A stretch of DNA of 64,000 nt from Desulfatiglandales bacterium (GCA_963666345.1 OY762721.1:3584001-3648000), one strand, 5' to 3'. Shown: positions 41,030 through 52,799, counted from the first letter of the stretch. Notes: generated by a model from the sequence alone, not told the origin. Numbers and translations are program-made.

Positions 41030-41066
41030 AAGGCTTTCACCGTATTAACGGCTGAAGGCTTTTTTT
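41030..41066 (+). terminator. Intrinsic terminator after the tRNA fragment
   Basis: AAGGCTTTCA-CCGT-atta-ACGG-c-TGAAGGC plus T-run. Confidence 0.7.
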
Positions 41067-41346
41067 ATTTTATTGTCCATGAAAGCGCCTGTGTAATCAA
41101 ATTATAAAAATCCAGTTACAAACCAGCCTTAAAATAAAAACCCTCGATCTTTATCTTACGGATTTACCTTGTTAAATAATCAAAGCCTAACATCTTGACA
41201 AAAAGGGATATAAGTATGAACATGTCAAGCGTTCATTTATTTATGCTTGTCTGCATTAAATAAATACAATCGGAGGTATTCATTAGGCAATAAGACCCCG
41301 TTTCTTGGAAAGAGAGGTGGGGTTTTGTATTTTATAAGGATTAAAA

Positions 41347-42539
41347 ATGAACAATGCATTGTTTGAACAACTCCTATATGAAGAAGAAAGTAACACACTG
41401 GATTTTAAAGAAAAACAATATCGCTTTGCTAGGGCGACTAATGAAGAAAAGTCAGAGATTTTAAAGGACATTCTAGGTTTCGCAAATGCTTGGCGCCGAT
41501 CAGATGCCTACATTATCGTCGGTGTCAAAGAAATTAGGGGAGGGCGAAGCGTTGTCGTTGGCATATCAGCAAACGAGCATTTGGACGAGCATTCACTCCA
41601 GCAATTCGTTAATCACCTTACTAATCAACCAATTCATTTTAGCTATGAAGCATTTGGATTTGAGGGAAAACAGGTTGGGATAATCAAAATTGGTGCACAA
41701 AATCGACCCGTTTATCTCAGAAGAGACTATGGAAGGCTTAAAAAAGAAAAAGTCTTCATTCGCCGAGGAAGTTCAACAGATCCAACCAGCCCTGCATCGA
41801 TAGATGAAATAGCTATGATGCGCAGCCGTTTAGAAAATCTTCCCGCAGAATTACGTATCGAGTTTGCTCATGTAAATCGGGAAGAAGCGCTCGGAACAAA
41901 AATTGATTTGGAGACTGAGTTTTGTGAAATGCCCGAAAAAAACAGCATCCCTGACTTATCAGATCAGCAAAACCAAAATCCATTTGAAATAGGGATACCT
42001 CGTCTTAGTGATTTTATGATAAATATTAATAAAGATTATTTTCGTGAATTAGCTGATTATAAATCCAATCAATGTTGGTTCAAGCCTGTCCGTTTAGTAA
42101 TAACAAACGTAGGACACCTTGCAGCTAAAAAAATATTAGTCGAAGTGACAGTACCTATAGAATCGGGGGTAATTCTGCTTGATCAAGACGATATGCCTGC
42201 CCCCCCCAAATGCATTATGATTTTTCTGACATTACCGCTATCAAAAGTAATGTGTTCTCCAATCGCAGTCCAGGTGACATTGTTATCGAGCACAATGAAA
42301 AGCAGTATAAAATTGAAATTGACTGTGGCGATCTTCAACCCGGACGCCGAATTTTTTCAGATTTTATATATATTGGGAAGATGATTAGCGGAAATTTTTG
42401 TCTGTTTGGTTTATTGTACGCCGATAATCTTCCTAGTCCAAAGGAATTTGAGCTTAATGTAGCGGTAGAGGTTACTACAACATCCATGACAGTCGATGAA
42501 TTATGTTCCCTATCTGAAAAAGCAAATAAAGACGAATAG
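41347..42539 (+). CDS. Schlafen/AlbA_2-domain protein; frameshift at C8A3 (42200-42210)
   Basis: EEESNTLDFKE, KDILGFANA, IIVGV, FIRRGSS; C-terminal part continues in the -1 frame (42210-42539). Confidence 0.75.
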
Positions 42540-42719
42540 AGCTATCCAACTATTTGATGACACAGCCATCCATATACGGCTAAACACGGCTGAGCCGGCA
42601 GATGGAAAATGCCTAGCCTTTTTTTGAGGTGGATCATCGCTAAAGCAAATCGGATCTGACAATCTTCGAACTATTCCAACGCCTGATCTTTGCGTTAGGA
42701 AAGCAAAGTGTGTTTTCAT

Positions 42720-45700
42720 ATGAGCCAACTATTTAACATAGATAAATCGTTCATTAAAGCCGTTGATGATGTGACGGCCCGGGAACTTGTTGCAAGATTA
42801 TGTCGTGCAGAGCTAAGAGGCCAAGGGCTTCCCGAATCTGCTGTAACTTGGGGTGGTGATCAACGAGCCAAAGATGGTGGCGTCGATGTGCTCGTGGACT
42901 GTCCCAGCCCGCTTTGGGAGCCGGACTTCGTCAAGACGTCCCACACCGTATTTCAGGTCAAGGCGGAGTCATTCCCACCCTCAAAAATTAAAGAGGAGAT
43001 GGCTCCGGATGGCACTCTACGGCCAGCCATCGCGGAACTCCAAGAAACTCGTGGTTCCTATATCATAGTTTCGACCAAAGATGATGATACTTACTTGGCC
43101 TTAAAGCCAAGACGCGATGCTATCCATAACTGCCTCAGTGACCATGGTCTAGGCACCTCTGTTCAATCTGACTTCTACGACAGCCGACGTCTTGCTGATT
43201 GGGTAGAACAGCATCCTCAAATTGCAGCATGGCTTAGGCACAAGATAGGCGAGCCAATTAAGGGTTGGCGCCCCTACGGCGCCTGGGCCTACGATGAGCA
43301 CGATCTTGAGGCAGAGTACCTCATTGATGATCAAGTTAGAGTTTTCGTGCCAAATGCCGATGAGGGATGGTGTATAGAGGATGCAATCGCACAGATGCGG
43401 CAGGAATTAAAGCAAAGAGTTTCGATTAGGATTGTCGGTCTGTCTGGTGTTGGTAAAACAAGACTTGTGCAGGCCTTGTTTGATTCACGTGTGTGTCCTG
43501 ATTCCGCCGTCCCATCGTCCGAGAATGTCTTCTATGTCGATCTCGCTGATGAACCTGAACCACAACCACAAACGATGCTGAACACTTTGCAGGATCGCCT
43601 ATCAGATTCGATCGTTATAATTGATAATTGCAGCCCAGAAACTCATAAACAACTGATTGAAATCATCAAGCGTAATGGTAGCAAACTGAAGCTAATCACC
43701 ATAGAATATGACATTCGCGATGATTTACCTGAAAGCACGCTTTGCTACCGGCTGGAAGGCTCGTCCCCCGAGATTATCACAAAGCTCTTGAAGGTCCGAT
43801 ATGAAAATCTTTCAAATAATGATGTGAAACGCATAGCCGAATTTTCTAATGGCAATGCTCGCATGGCTTTTGCACTGGCATCAAACGTTGAGACAGGGGG
43901 GGAACTCTCGAGTTTGCGAGACCGAGACCTCTTCGATCGAGTGTTTCAGCAAAAGAATGATCCAAATGATGAGCTACTGCGTTGCGCACAAGCTGCGAGC
44001 CTTCTTTATTCATTTGATGGTTCTGATCAATCTGAAAATGGAGAGATTTCGCAACTTTGCGGTTTCGCAGAAGTAACGCCTTTGGCTTTTTCAAGGAACA
44101 TAGCGGAGCTAGAAAGCCGTGGCTTATTGCAGAAACGGGGGCGATGGCGGGCTCTTTTACCCCATGCGATAGCAAATGGCTTGGCGATACGTATGCTCCG
44201 ATATCTGCCTTGGGATCGTTTATATGATGTGCTCATCAAACATGGCGGTGAGCGGATCGCTCGATCATTCAGCAAGAGGTTGGGCTTTCTACACGATTGC
44301 CCGGAAGCAGTGCGGATGGCATCGCGAATGCTTGCTGGCGATGGAATGCTTGGGAATTTGATGTTGCTAACCGATTTTGAGCAGCAAATGTTTGTGAATC
44401 TGGCACCTGTAGATCCTGGAGGAGCATTGGCCGCTATCAGGCGTGCATCGGAGAATAAAAACTTTCTATCGACATACAACAGTTCCCGAGCGCGATTTGC
44501 CCGTGTTGCACGATTAATTGCCTATTATCCTACTTATTTCGATGAAGCAGTATCGATCCTAATTATATTCGCCTTGGCTGAACCGGAGGACTACCATTAC
44601 GAACCCGTTCGAGATATTTTGAAATCACTGTTTTTTTGTAGTCTATCGGGTACGAAGGCAAGTCCTGGGCAGCGACATGAAGTGGTTAAAAACCTCTTTT
44701 TAACAGATGGCAAAAAGGAGCACGAGCTTGGATTTGATTTGATACATGCTGGACTAGAGACTTCGCATTTCAGCACGCACTACGGTTTTGAGTTTGGTGC
44801 GAGACGACGAGATTATGGGTGGCATCCGCGATTCCAGGCTGACATAAAAGATTGGTTTCAACCATGGATTGAAATAATTACTACCATCGGGGAGCAGGAT
44901 AATGAGGATGGCTCCAAAGCGCGGACTATGCTGGGAGAAGCATTACCAGGCCTCTGGCGAGTAGGACTTGATGATGAGTTGGTTGATGCTGCGAAATTTT
45001 TACGGCCCATAGATGGCTGGCCCGAAGGATGGTTGGGTGTGCGGAGAATACTGCATTGGGGTGCAGATCAGCTTTTGCCACCATCGCTTGGCCAATTGAG
45101 AAAACTCGAGAAGACACTTAAACCTTCTGATTTAATGTCTGAGATTCGTGCGCGTCTCCTTGCACATGGCTCATTTGCTTATGATATTGAAATCGAAGAT
45201 GAGCTTGAAGTTGAAGATCGCGAACCAGTTTCAGCATCTGGGAAGATCCAAAAGTCGCGGTTGAAAGCTGAGAAGCTTGGTGCTAAGGCAGCCATTTCAC
45301 CCCCGCTAATAGAAGTTCTAATTCCAGATCTTATTTCCACGGGCTGCAGCGCTGTGATCTACAACTTTGGCTTGGGAATCGGAAGGCATCATAATGATAT
45401 GGCTGGACTGTTGCAGGCTGTGCGGACCCATATCGAACGTATTGACTCTCGCGATCTGAGCCTGATCTGGGTGAGAGGTCTGATAGCAGGATGGAAGGAG
45501 ACTAATCCCGACGCTGTCGAATCTTTCTTGGATGGCGCAATCGATGATGTTGTATGGCGCGTTTGGTTTGTTGAGCTTCAATGTCAGGCAAGTCTTAATA
45601 CGAGAGCCTTTCATCGTCTTGTTCGAGTGCTAGATTCGAGGCATTGCCCGACGGGGCAATTCGGGTATCTTGCCTTAGGTCGTGTGACAGACCCTCTAAC

Positions 45701-46568
45701 TGTTTCACAGATTATGGAGCTATCAAAAAAATTGACGTTGAGACCCGACCATGGCCTATTAACAGCAATTGAGCTTCTTTCTATGGTTATTCACTGTTTA
45801 GACAAAAAAAATGATCAGTATAAAGACGAACTTGCCAAGGCGCTTTTAGAGTTTCTTGGCTACGTAGACTGGTCACTCTTGAACGAAGACAATGCAAAGA
45901 TGGACTATGATCTTCACGTTGTTTTGGAGTTTTCCTTGAAGTCGGCCAAATCTGTGGATAATATCGCCCCGATACTCAGAAGTATACTGCAAACGTTTGA
46001 TAACGATCAGCTACGTTACGACCAAGCTAGAAAGATTATTCTGAAGCTATTTTTTACGTATTTCCCGAAACTTGCATTGGAAATGATTTGCGTGCCGGAT
46101 GAAGATGGAACATTTCAACGGTTAGAGGAACTCGTCTCCGATGTACACTCAGACCGGAATGAAACAATCCTCGGAGTCGTCTCAAAAGATGCTTTAATTG
46201 ATTGGTGCAATGAAAAGCCGGATACTCGCTATTCGTTTGTTGCAAGTACCTGTAAATTGTTTGATAAGCAAGATGATGAAAAAATGTCTTTAACAATTTC
46301 TGACACCGCCAGGGCTCTTTTGGAAGCGGCCCCAAACAAGACGACCGTTATTAAGAAATTTGTCATACGTTTTTATCCGAGCGGTTGGTCTGGTTCACTC
46401 GCAGGCATTCTTGAAAAGAGGCTTCCCTTACTCGATTATTTGGCTATTAGTGGTGATGAAACTGTAAATCTGGAAATTGAGTCCGCTAAAGCAAAACTCC
46501 AAAACTACATTGATACGGTTAGAAAGCGTGAAACGAAGGAAGAGTCACAAAATTTAAGTTTTGAGTAA
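42720..46568 (+). CDS. REase-STAND NTPase (Avs-like) large protein
   Basis: N-terminal DGGVD...FQVK nuclease-like motif; RIVGLSGVGKT; IVIIDN; long helical C-terminus. Confidence 0.7.
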   Translation: MSQLFNIDKSFIKAVDDVTARELVARLCRAELRGQGLPESAVTWGGDQRAKDGGVDVLVDCPSPLWEPDFVKTSHTVFQVKAESFPPSKIKEEMAPDGTLRPAIAELQETRGSYIIVSTKDDDTYLALKPRRDAIHNCLSDHGLGTSVQSDFYDSRRLADWVEQHPQIAAWLRHKIGEPIKGWRPYGAWAYDEHDLEAEYLIDDQVRVFVPNADEGWCIEDAIAQMRQELKQRVSIRIVGLSGVGKTRLVQALFDSRVCPDSAVPSSENVFYVDLADEPEPQPQTMLNTLQDRLSDSIVIIDNCSPETHKQLIEIIKRNGSKLKLITIEYDIRDDLPESTLCYRLEGSSPEIITKLLKVRYENLSNNDVKRIAEFSNGNARMAFALASNVETGGELSSLRDRDLFDRVFQQKNDPNDELLRCAQAASLLYSFDGSDQSENGEISQLCGFAEVTPLAFSRNIAELESRGLLQKRGRWRALLPHAIANGLAIRMLRYLPWDRLYDVLIKHGGERIARSFSKRLGFLHDCPEAVRMASRMLAGDGMLGNLMLLTDFEQQMFVNLAPVDPGGALAAIRRASENKNFLSTYNSSRARFARVARLIAYYPTYFDEAVSILIIFALAEPEDYHYEPVRDILKSLFFCSLSGTKASPGQRHEVVKNLFLTDGKKEHELGFDLIHAGLETSHFSTHYGFEFGARRRDYGWHPRFQADIKDWFQPWIEIITTIGEQDNEDGSKARTMLGEALPGLWRVGLDDELVDAAKFLRPIDGWPEGWLGVRRILHWGADQLLPPSLGQLRKLEKTLKPSDLMSEIRARLLAHGSFAYDIEIEDELEVEDREPVSASGKIQKSRLKAEKLGAKAAISPPLIEVLIPDLISTGCSAVIYNFGLGIGRHHNDMAGLLQAVRTHIERIDSRDLSLIWVRGLIAGWKETNPDAVESFLDGAIDDVVWRVWFVELQCQASLNTRAFHRLVRVLDSRHCPTGQFGYLALGRVTDPLTVSQIMELSKKLTLRPDHGLLTAIELLSMVIHCLDKKNDQYKDELAKALLEFLGYVDWSLLNEDNAKMDYDLHVVLEFSLKSAKSVDNIAPILRSILQTFDNDQLRYDQARKIILKLFFTYFPKLALEMICVPDEDGTFQRLEELVSDVHSDRNETILGVVSKDALIDWCNEKPDTRYSFVASTCKLFDKQDDEKMSLTISDTARALLEAAPNKTTVIKKFVIRFYPSGWSGSLAGILEKRLPLLDYLAISGDETVNLEIESAKAKLQNYIDTVRKRETKEESQNLSFE

Positions 46569-46872
46569 CTGACGGGAATTTGGATAGTCGAACATAATGG
46601 GAAAATATAATCAAGGCGCCCGGAAGGTTAATTTAATGGTCAGAAATAAGCACTAAGCAGATTAACCGACAAAGAATTAGTCGGTAGATTTTAACCCCCC
46701 TCCCTCATCATAGATATCCTTTGAAATTAAAACAAATAGAATAAAGAGTGTGCGATATTGCCAGAAGCTGTTCTATTTTCTTGCGCGCGACTTATCGCGC
46801 AAAATAAATCCGGTGGGTTTGTCGTGGAATTTCGGGAGTTCCACGACTACCTCCCTTTAGGGGCGCGGTAAT

Positions 46873-47189
46873 TCCCGGATATTTTCTTCATCCAGACCTA
46901 CCATGCGGCAGATAACCCATATTTTCTTTCCGCTATCACCCCCAGCCTGAACCAGGGCTTTGTCCTCTATCATGGCAGACCCACCGGGATCGAAGCCTAT
47001 GAAGAGGAAGGCTATATCCACTTAAAGAAGTACCTTAGAAGGAAAACAAGACCTGACGTCACAGTTACCTTTAAAGATGGCAGTACGTTTAAGAGCATCC
47101 GGGAAAACCCTCTTATCCTTGACTATTTGAAAAATGCTAAGGGCCTGCCTGGAAGGCAGATCCTTAAGATCGAAGGCTATGGTGAGTAG
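46873..47189 (+). pseudogene. Start-less 3' gene fragment of unknown family
   Basis: About 100 open codons (DIFFIQTYH...LKIEGYGE*) with no start, directly after GC-rich hairpins. Confidence 0.4.
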
Positions 47190-47661
47190 GAAGCATGGGA
47201 TTGATCGGTTTTTCTGAAAATAGCAGCATGCGCCTCAAGTGCTTTCTTTTGCAATATATCATTAAGGTAAATGTAACATTATAAGTTTGCTACAAATTGG
47301 ATTTTTGAAATGGATGATATTTTCAATCTTTGGAAATACACCCCAAATGAATTAGCAGGAAAACCACGCATGCTTTGTCCATAATCCCTTATGGTTTAGG
47401 ATACCAAGCTATCGTCTGATTTATGTTTTTTATATTGTTTAAAATGCTTAGGAATGGTCTTAGTTTAGATTTAAAAAAAACCAAAGGAAAAATATTTCCT
47501 TGACATATTATAACATGTACTATAGTGTACGATCATGATATCATTTCATGCTGAAAAAAGTGCTATATGGTCTCCTGCTTTTTCCAAGAATGATAGAAGC
47601 GCAGTATTTTTATAAATCCTTAATAACAGGATTCGGTAGGCATAATTATGGAGGGAAAACT

Positions 47662-48921
47662 ATGAAGGGCAAGAATGTTATACTGATCACAATGGATGAA
47701 GTGCGCCATGACCATTTGAGTTGTTACGGATACACTAGAATAAATACTCCAAATTTGGACTATTTTGCGCATGATGGTGTCCTTTTTGAAACGGTCGCTT
47801 CTACAACCTGCTTTACTCCGATCAGTCATGCCACAATTTTGACGGGAGTTTACCCTAGTAAACACAATATGAGGGATCCTTTTTCTATGCCTGAATGGAA
47901 AATGATATCGGAAATTTTCAAGGAAAATGGATACGCTACAGCCGGTTTTGTTGGAGTTAATCTTATTGGGAAGGCAAACGGTTTTGACAAAGGTTTCCTG
48001 ACATTTGATGAACCTAAGCATGAAGAGGTCTGGAAAATTTCAGACTTTGCTGGAGATGATAGAGGTGAACTACTTTGGGGTAATTGGTGGATTCCACGTA
48101 TGCTGGAGTGGGTTAGATTTGTGGATAAACCGTTTTTCATATGGTGCCACTATTTCGATGTGCATCAAGCTGCAGAGAATATTTTATTGGAACTAGGTAA
48201 GATCAAGGAAGGAGTCATGCCCGAATACGGCTACTATGATCCAAAAATTGAATATATGGATAAGGCATTTTTCGGTCCTTTAAGGGAAGTGCTTTCCGAC
48301 CTTCAAATCGAAGATGAAACTACAGTTTTGATTACCTCTGACCACGGTACGAATCTTGAAGAACACGAGGTCCCTCCTTTCCCTCATCTGGATTTGGTCT
48401 ATCCACAGCATACAACTATGTATGATTGTGACTTGTTAGTCCCTCTTATTATAAAAGATATGGACGTCCCCAAGAATAAAGTGATCCCAGGAATGGTCCG
48501 AACAGTAGATATAGTGCCAACCTTACTCGATCTGGCGGGCATGGCTATTCCTGATGACTTAGATGGGGTATCGTTATGCTCATTTATTAAAAATGGAAAG
48601 GCGGAAGGACTGCTGGCATATGCTGAGGAGCTTTATGAGAAAAGAGGGCCAGGGGATTTTCAGGCAATTCGTGATGATTTGCATAAGTATATAATAGATC
48701 ATCGGAATGGTGGGCAGGAAGAATTTTACGATATAAAATCAGATCCAGTCGAGAAAACCAATTTAATGGATTCTTTATCAAAAAACCAAGAAAATATTTT
48801 AACGAATTGGAGAAATATTTGCGAAGAATACAGACCTCGAAAAGATTCTACTTTTAAAATGGACAATGAGGTAAAGGAAAAACTAACAGAAAGATTACAA
48901 ATGCTTGGATATATAGAATAA
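47662..48921 (+). CDS. Sulfatase-like hydrolase 1 (Thr at the FGly position)
   Basis: NVILITMD, FTPISHATILTG, TSDHG, RLQMLGY. Confidence 0.85.
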   Translation: MKGKNVILITMDEVRHDHLSCYGYTRINTPNLDYFAHDGVLFETVASTTCFTPISHATILTGVYPSKHNMRDPFSMPEWKMISEIFKENGYATAGFVGVNLIGKANGFDKGFLTFDEPKHEEVWKISDFAGDDRGELLWGNWWIPRMLEWVRFVDKPFFIWCHYFDVHQAAENILLELGKIKEGVMPEYGYYDPKIEYMDKAFFGPLREVLSDLQIEDETTVLITSDHGTNLEEHEVPPFPHLDLVYPQHTTMYDCDLLVPLIIKDMDVPKNKVIPGMVRTVDIVPTLLDLAGMAIPDDLDGVSLCSFIKNGKAEGLLAYAEELYEKRGPGDFQAIRDDLHKYIIDHRNGGQEEFYDIKSDPVEKTNLMDSLSKNQENILTNWRNICEEYRPRKDSTFKMDNEVKEKLTERLQMLGYIE

Positions 48922-49103
48922 GAATATGGTGAAAGAATTATAACTGCAAAAGGTGCTAATAGGTGGAATGTTTATTAAGTATTCACAAAATGAAGAATAT
49001 CGTAATAAGGGGGTGATGCTAAAGCGCTTTATGAATTGGCTAAATGACAGTTAATAATTATTAAAGAGCCTGCACATTTGGCACAGGAAAAGGAGGTTTA
49101 AGC

Positions 49104-50165
49104 ATGGAAACGATGATTTCTGATAGAGGAAGTGGAAAGAGAAGTTTGGCTACTCTTGTTATTGTAATTCTTCTGTTGTTTGCGTTCAGTGTTACCTCAT
49201 TCGCAGGTCAAAAAGTTAAATTTGTTTATTCCAGTGTTCATATGGGATATCTGCCAAGAATTGTAGCCTTGGAGAATGATTTTTTTACTCAGGAAGGTTT
49301 GGAGGTTGAGGCTATAAATATTCCAGGTGGGTCCAAGGCAGCTGCAGCATTGTTGGGTGGAAGTGCGGACATTGTAAATCTTGCATATTTTCATGCTCTG
49401 AAGGCAGCCCGAAAAGGATTTGATGTGGTAGCCTTTGGCTGTCCGCTAAATCAGTGGCCTTTGGCATATTTGATGAAAGCAGAGATGATGGAAAAAAAGG
49501 GGATTACTGTCCAGTCAAGTATTGATGACAAAATACATGCAATGAAAGGCTTGGTTGTAGGATGCACATCACCTGGAAGCGGTACCGACTTAATCCCGCG
49601 CGCTTTTCTAAAAAATAGAGGTATTGATCCAGCTACTGAGGTAAAAATGGTGCCATTCGGAAAATGGAAAGCAGGGGTGGCTGCATTTGAAAAGGGCAAG
49701 ATTGATATATATCAATGGGTCTCTCCGATTCCTGAATTGCTTGAACAAAAGGGAACTGGAAAAATCTTATTCAGCATGGCTCGAGGCGATGTGCCGGAAT
49801 TTGATGGATATATGTGGGACAGCTATTTTACTACAAGAGAATATATGGACAAAAACCCTGAGGTGTTGGTTGCCTTCACCAAAGCAATAATAAAAGCAAT
49901 GGATTACATTCACAGTAATAAAGAAGGCACAATGAAAATTATTGCCAAGACATGGAAAGAGGCTGGCCCTGAACTTCTTGACGCAGCCTATGAAAATATA
50001 AACCGTGCTGTACCGAAGGATCCAAGACTTACAAAGGCCGGCTGGGAAATAAATATGAAGCTGCATTTTTCTGATGCAAAAGGAGTCGAAAAAGAAAGGA
50101 TAGCCTACGAAAAGACGGCAACAAATGAATTTGTGGAAAAGGCTTTGAAGGAATTAGGTAGGTGA
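49104..50165 (+). CDS. ABC substrate-binding protein, NitT/TauT (NMT1/SsuA) family
   Basis: Signal peptide; FFTQEGLEVE; SPGSGT. Confidence 0.85.
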   Translation: METMISDRGSGKRSLATLVIVILLLFAFSVTSFAGQKVKFVYSSVHMGYLPRIVALENDFFTQEGLEVEAINIPGGSKAAAALLGGSADIVNLAYFHALKAARKGFDVVAFGCPLNQWPLAYLMKAEMMEKKGITVQSSIDDKIHAMKGLVVGCTSPGSGTDLIPRAFLKNRGIDPATEVKMVPFGKWKAGVAAFEKGKIDIYQWVSPIPELLEQKGTGKILFSMARGDVPEFDGYMWDSYFTTREYMDKNPEVLVAFTKAIIKAMDYIHSNKEGTMKIIAKTWKEAGPELLDAAYENINRAVPKDPRLTKAGWEINMKLHFSDAKGVEKERIAYEKTATNEFVEKALKELGR

Positions 50166-50171
50166 ACAATA

Positions 50172-50207
50172 GGCGGAAGTGATTGCCATATCAGATTCTC
50201 TTCCGCC
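50172..50207 (+). terminator. Stem-loop after the binding-protein gene
   Basis: GGCGGAAG...CTTCCGCC. Confidence 0.45.
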
Positions 50208-50320
50208 ATTATTCCAATTAGAGACTGAAAATTTGTACTGCATTTAATTGTTCAAAACTAAAAAGAAATAGCAACACTTTAAGGTCAAATATTACAAAAA
50301 ATTAACTTCGTAGTTTATCG

Positions 50321-51175
50321 ATGGTACGAAAGAAAAGCATGGAATCAAAAGCATTACATGGTCACGATCCCTTAAACCCCCGAATACTTAGAAGTAATTT
50401 TGAAAGTAATTTGCGAAAACGGTCTCGAAATTTATGGGGCTTAAGGTTAGTTTTTGGTATTGGGATCATTTCGTTTTGGGAATTGGCGTCAAGATGTCTT
50501 ATCGATCCCTTTTGGATTAGCATGCCTTCTAATATTGTGGTTAGGCTGAGGCAATGGTATTTTACAGGATTCATATTTGAACATTTATGGATTACTTTAG
50601 CGGAAATGGCAGTCGGTTTCGCAATTGGATTAGTGTTGGCGGTAGCCGCAGGCCTTTTGTTGGGAACGAGAAAGAGCCTTGCTGAGGTATTGGATCCTTT
50701 TATGATGGCCATATGGAGCGTTCCGGGTATTGTGTTTGGCCCCCTTTTTATCCTCTACTTTGGGATTGGATTTACAGCCAAAATGGTTCTTGTAGCTGTA
50801 ACGGTATTTTTCCTGATTTTCTTTAATACCTTTACTGGGGTTAGAGAGGTGAATCAGGAGTGGATAAATGTAATGCGAATTATGGGCGCTTCCAATGGCA
50901 AGATATTTAGAAAAGTTGTTTTACCTGCTTCAGCTGTTTGGATTTTTGCAAGCTTTAAAAACGCAATTCCCTATACAATGGTCGCTGCAGTAGTGGGAGA
51001 ATTGATTGCCTCACAAAAAGGGCTCGGATTTTTAATTGAAGATGCCTCAAGCGTTATGGATACCACTGGAGTTTTTGCGGGGCTTTTTAACTTAATGGTT
51101 ATAGGATTGATTCTTAATCAAGTGGTTGAACATATCGAAAAAAAGGTTTTGCATTGGAAAAACAGAGAACAATGA
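50321..51175 (+). CDS. ABC permease (SsuC/TauC family)
   Basis: MGAS...KVVLP, VVGELIAS.KGLG. Confidence 0.9.
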   Translation: MVRKKSMESKALHGHDPLNPRILRSNFESNLRKRSRNLWGLRLVFGIGIISFWELASRCLIDPFWISMPSNIVVRLRQWYFTGFIFEHLWITLAEMAVGFAIGLVLAVAAGLLLGTRKSLAEVLDPFMMAIWSVPGIVFGPLFILYFGIGFTAKMVLVAVTVFFLIFFNTFTGVREVNQEWINVMRIMGASNGKIFRKVVLPASAVWIFASFKNAIPYTMVAAVVGELIASQKGLGFLIEDASSVMDTTGVFAGLFNLMVIGLILNQVVEHIEKKVLHWKNREQ

Positions 51176-51969
51176 ATACTAAAAAAGTCATCGATGTACA
51201 AAATGTCTATAAGTGGTTTATTACCCGCGCGAACGATATACTTGCCTTGGAAGACTGTTCGTTGACAATTAAAAAGGGTGAATTCTTTGCCTTTGTAGGA
51301 CCTTCCGGTTGCGGTAAATCAACTCTTTTGAACATAATTGCTGGTCTTATGTTTCCGACAGCAGGAAGAGTTATCTATGAGGGGGAAGAACTTAAAACTG
51401 TGAATCAAAAAGTTGGGTATATTACGCAGCACGATTCAATTTTTCCATGGCTTACTGTCGAAGAAAATGTCGGGATATCATTAGAAGTAAGAAAAAATGC
51501 TAAAAGCTACGATATCAATCCTTCAGATAAAATTCATGAATTCATAAAATTAGTAGGATTAGAAGGTTTTGAAAAGCATTTTCCTTCCCAGCTCTCTGGA
51601 GGTATGAGGAAACGAGTTGGACTAGCTAGAACGTTAATCTATGAACCACAAGCTTTGCTTCTTGATGAACCATTCGGCGCTTTAGATGCACAGTTAAAAT
51701 TAGTTCTACAAGGAGAACTTCTTAAAATATGGAATGCAACGAAAAAAACAATGGTTTTTGTAACACATGATTTGGGAGAGGCGATTGCTCTAGCTGATTA
51801 TGTTGTAGTTTTCACCGGTCGGCCAGGGAAAATTAAACTTATCAAAAAGATTCCTATACCAAGACCAAGAGATGTGTTTCAGATTAGGTTTTCCAAGGAA
51901 TTCGGCAACCTTTATGAGGAAATATGGGAGTCTCTGCAGCAAGAGGTCGCAAAAGGTGAAGAATTATGA
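51172..51969 (+). CDS. ABC ATP-binding protein (SsuB/TauB family)
   Basis: GPSGCGKST, LSGGM, LLDEPF. Confidence 0.93.
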   Translation: MNTKKVIDVQNVYKWFITRANDILALEDCSLTIKKGEFFAFVGPSGCGKSTLLNIIAGLMFPTAGRVIYEGEELKTVNQKVGYITQHDSIFPWLTVEENVGISLEVRKNAKSYDINPSDKIHEFIKLVGLEGFEKHFPSQLSGGMRKRVGLARTLIYEPQALLLDEPFGALDAQLKLVLQGELLKIWNATKKTMVFVTHDLGEAIALADYVVVFTGRPGKIKLIKKIPIPRPRDVFQIRFSKEFGNLYEEIWESLQQEVAKGEEL

Positions 51970-52799
51970 GCAGTAAGAGTTCAATGGAAGTCCATGGTAT
52001 AGACCTTGAGGCCTTAAGGAAAGCTTCCCTGCCATCTTTTTATCAGCGCTATATCAAGATCCAGATCTATCGATTGATTTTACTTGGATGTTTCCTTTTA
52101 GTTTGGCAGCTGATTTCAGGCTGGATTATCCCTGCCAACTGGATTGCAAGTCCAATTCTTCTATTTGAAAAGGGATGGGAGTGGATATCAACGGGATTAC
52201 TTTTTTACCACTTGAAAGCAACGATTATTGAAATGGTGATAGGCGCGGTTTTGGGTACTTTTTTAGCTGTTTTTACGGGCTTTATTATGGGATCAAGCAA
52301 GCTGATAGCAGATGCTCTTCTACCATATGTCGCAGCAGTATATGGAATCCCAAGGATTGCTATGGCCCCGCTTTTTGTAATCTGGTTCGGCATTGGGATC
52401 ACTTCGAAGGTTGCCCTAGTAACGGTAGTAGTCTATTTCCTGGTATTCTTCAATGCCTTTGTAGGGGCGCGGAATGTTGAAGAGATTTATATTAACACTT
52501 TGCGTATTATGGGGGCATCTCGATTTAATATATTGAGAAGAGTCGTGCTTCCCCATGCAGCAGGATGGGTTTTCAGCGGTCTACGCCTTGCATTGCCTCG
52601 AGCTTTAATAGCTGCAGTGGTTGGAGAAATAATTTCATCGAACAAAGGCCTTGGATATCTAATCGAAGAATCAGGTGGTTTTTTTGATGTAGCTGGAATT
52701 TTGGTTGCAGTGAGTGTGCTGGCAGTATTGGGAGTTTTTCTCAATTCAATTGTAAATTGGATGGAAGTTAGAACCAATAGATACAGATTTATAGAATAA
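51966..52799 (+). CDS. ABC permease 2
   Basis: PRIAMAPL, VVGEIISS.KGLG. Confidence 0.9.
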   Translation: MSSKSSMEVHGIDLEALRKASLPSFYQRYIKIQIYRLILLGCFLLVWQLISGWIIPANWIASPILLFEKGWEWISTGLLFYHLKATIIEMVIGAVLGTFLAVFTGFIMGSSKLIADALLPYVAAVYGIPRIAMAPLFVIWFGIGITSKVALVTVVVYFLVFFNAFVGARNVEEIYINTLRIMGASRFNILRRVVLPHAAGWVFSGLRLALPRALIAAVVGEIISSNKGLGYLIEESGGFFDVAGILVAVSVLAVLGVFLNSIVNWMEVRTNRYRFIE

